Shown: positions 62,900 to 64,000 of the stretch, one piece after another
Layout of the letters: each line of letters begins with the position of its first letter
Position numbering within the stretch: the stretch's first letter is position 1
Source of the DNA: Antedon mediterranea
Lineage: Eukaryota > Animalia > Echinodermata
Length of the DNA stretch: 64,000 nt
Reading direction: 5' to 3'
Assembly: GCF_964355755.1 (NCBI RefSeq)
Contig: NC_092672.1
Span: 15,624,001-15,688,000, forward strand
Translations under genes and position numbers: made by a program
The notes under the pieces: generated by a model
What the model was told of the DNA's origin: nothing
The model's database searches: none
What the model saw: only the letters and a program-made list of their open reading frames with translations

Positions 62900-64000
62900 G
62901 ACAATCTGGTCGGATATGCCATGTATGCGTTGCTTGGCCATCTCCCAATAGCCTTGATGCTGTCTGTTGACAAGCCGAGTTAATGTAGGTCGGTTATTCT
63001 GCCGATGCGGAAAGAGTGTGTGGTATACTTTCCTACTTCCAAGTTTGCTGATTTCAGTGTTCTATCAAGAACCGGTTTACCGGTAGTGTCAATAAAGAAC
63101 TGTCCAGGTTTTGGAGGTCGCAGTGATATGTACTTTTGAACAGCTTTTAAAGGACTGAGTCTTTCATTGTTCTTTTGTAGAATAAACGGGCGCTGTTGTT
63201 GCTTGCTGTGTTTGTAGGAGTGAAAGTTCGTGGAGATGCTGGAGTTACTGTAAGATACATCCGGCGCGTCCAGGGCATGCCCTGACGGGGTAGATACTGG
63301 TTCGCTGATTCGTAGGCAAGAATAGCAACATAACAGAAACATAGCCTTGTACAGGATATAATCTGTTACGTTTTTTGTAGTTATCTGTAAGTGTTCGATC
63401 AGCTTGATTAATATTGATTGGTGATCGTTTATCTCGCTGTCGGTATGCGCTTTTCACTCCTCTGCACAGAATGTTAACAATTGGGTTTGTTGTGGGATCT
63501 TCAAATAAATTGATTTTGTGCATGAAACAATTAAATAAATTACAATTGTCATGACATTCCCATTTTTACAAGTCTTACTTTTAAGGATACAGACGTTGTT
63601 TAGGTTATCACAATGGAAAATATTTTGAGTATTAACAAGTTCATTACAAAACATTGATAACATTATATAAATCTCTTTTACCATGATATCATAGTTTTCC
63701 CACTCTTCGGGGGTAACGCCCTTGTATCCATGAGGCCCTAAATGTAGCACCAAAAGATTTCATCATCTGAGTGAAAGTGTAAAGCTCGGTTATCATGTGT
63801 ATCAGTGTGGTACCATTATGTGTTTTAAGGAAAGATGGGAAGATTGGGAAACTTTCCCGGCAGTAAGCCTATATAGTCTCGATATGCTTTACCCGAAGGG
63901 ATGACCCATGTAGCAAAATTGAGTTTTCCCAGTGTGGTCTGGAGCTCTTTAAGTGTGACCGAGTGTTTATCTGATGTCTATTTTGATGTCTGCAGCATTG
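62900..64000 (-). mobile_element. DIRS/Ngaro tyrosine-recombinase retrotransposon remnant (RT end, RNase H, YR)
   Basis: YR: CLRISE..YKHSK..YTTHSFRIGR..GRWPSNAY. RNase H-like: KEIY..FHCDN..KTCKN..VM. RT end: VTLKELQTTLGKLNFA at ~63900-63960. Confidence 0.85.

Overview
This is AT-rich eukaryotic (invertebrate, probably deuterostome or echinoderm-like) non-genic DNA made almost entirely of nested transposable elements. It has at least seven non-LTR retrotransposon copies: CR1/L2-type including a near-intact CR1 at 56280-60680, an esterase/PHD-bearing CR1, an L1/Tx1-type element and one running off the left edge. It also has a Penelope element, a separate Penelope pLTR fragment with a minimal hammerhead ribozyme motif, a rearranged Gypsy remnant, a DIRS/Ngaro tyrosine-recombinase element, Kolobok-, Harbinger- and Mutator-like DNA elements and MITEs, Helentron-type non-autonomous elements, a Deu-domain SINE and several minisatellites. 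No host protein-coding gene can be supported. The most notable observations: (1) a Helentron-type element carrying four tRNA-Val(AAC)-like cassettes; (2) a composite 5S rRNA + tRNA-headed SINE; (3) small insertions that turn TA into TAGGCCTA, TACTGTA or TACCGTA, shown by comparing repeat copies and restoring reading frames, which look like DNA-transposon excision footprints; (4) a 53-copy 16-bp satellite that seems to have grown from one arm of a foldback element. Family assignments come from motifs recognised by eye, not from database searches.
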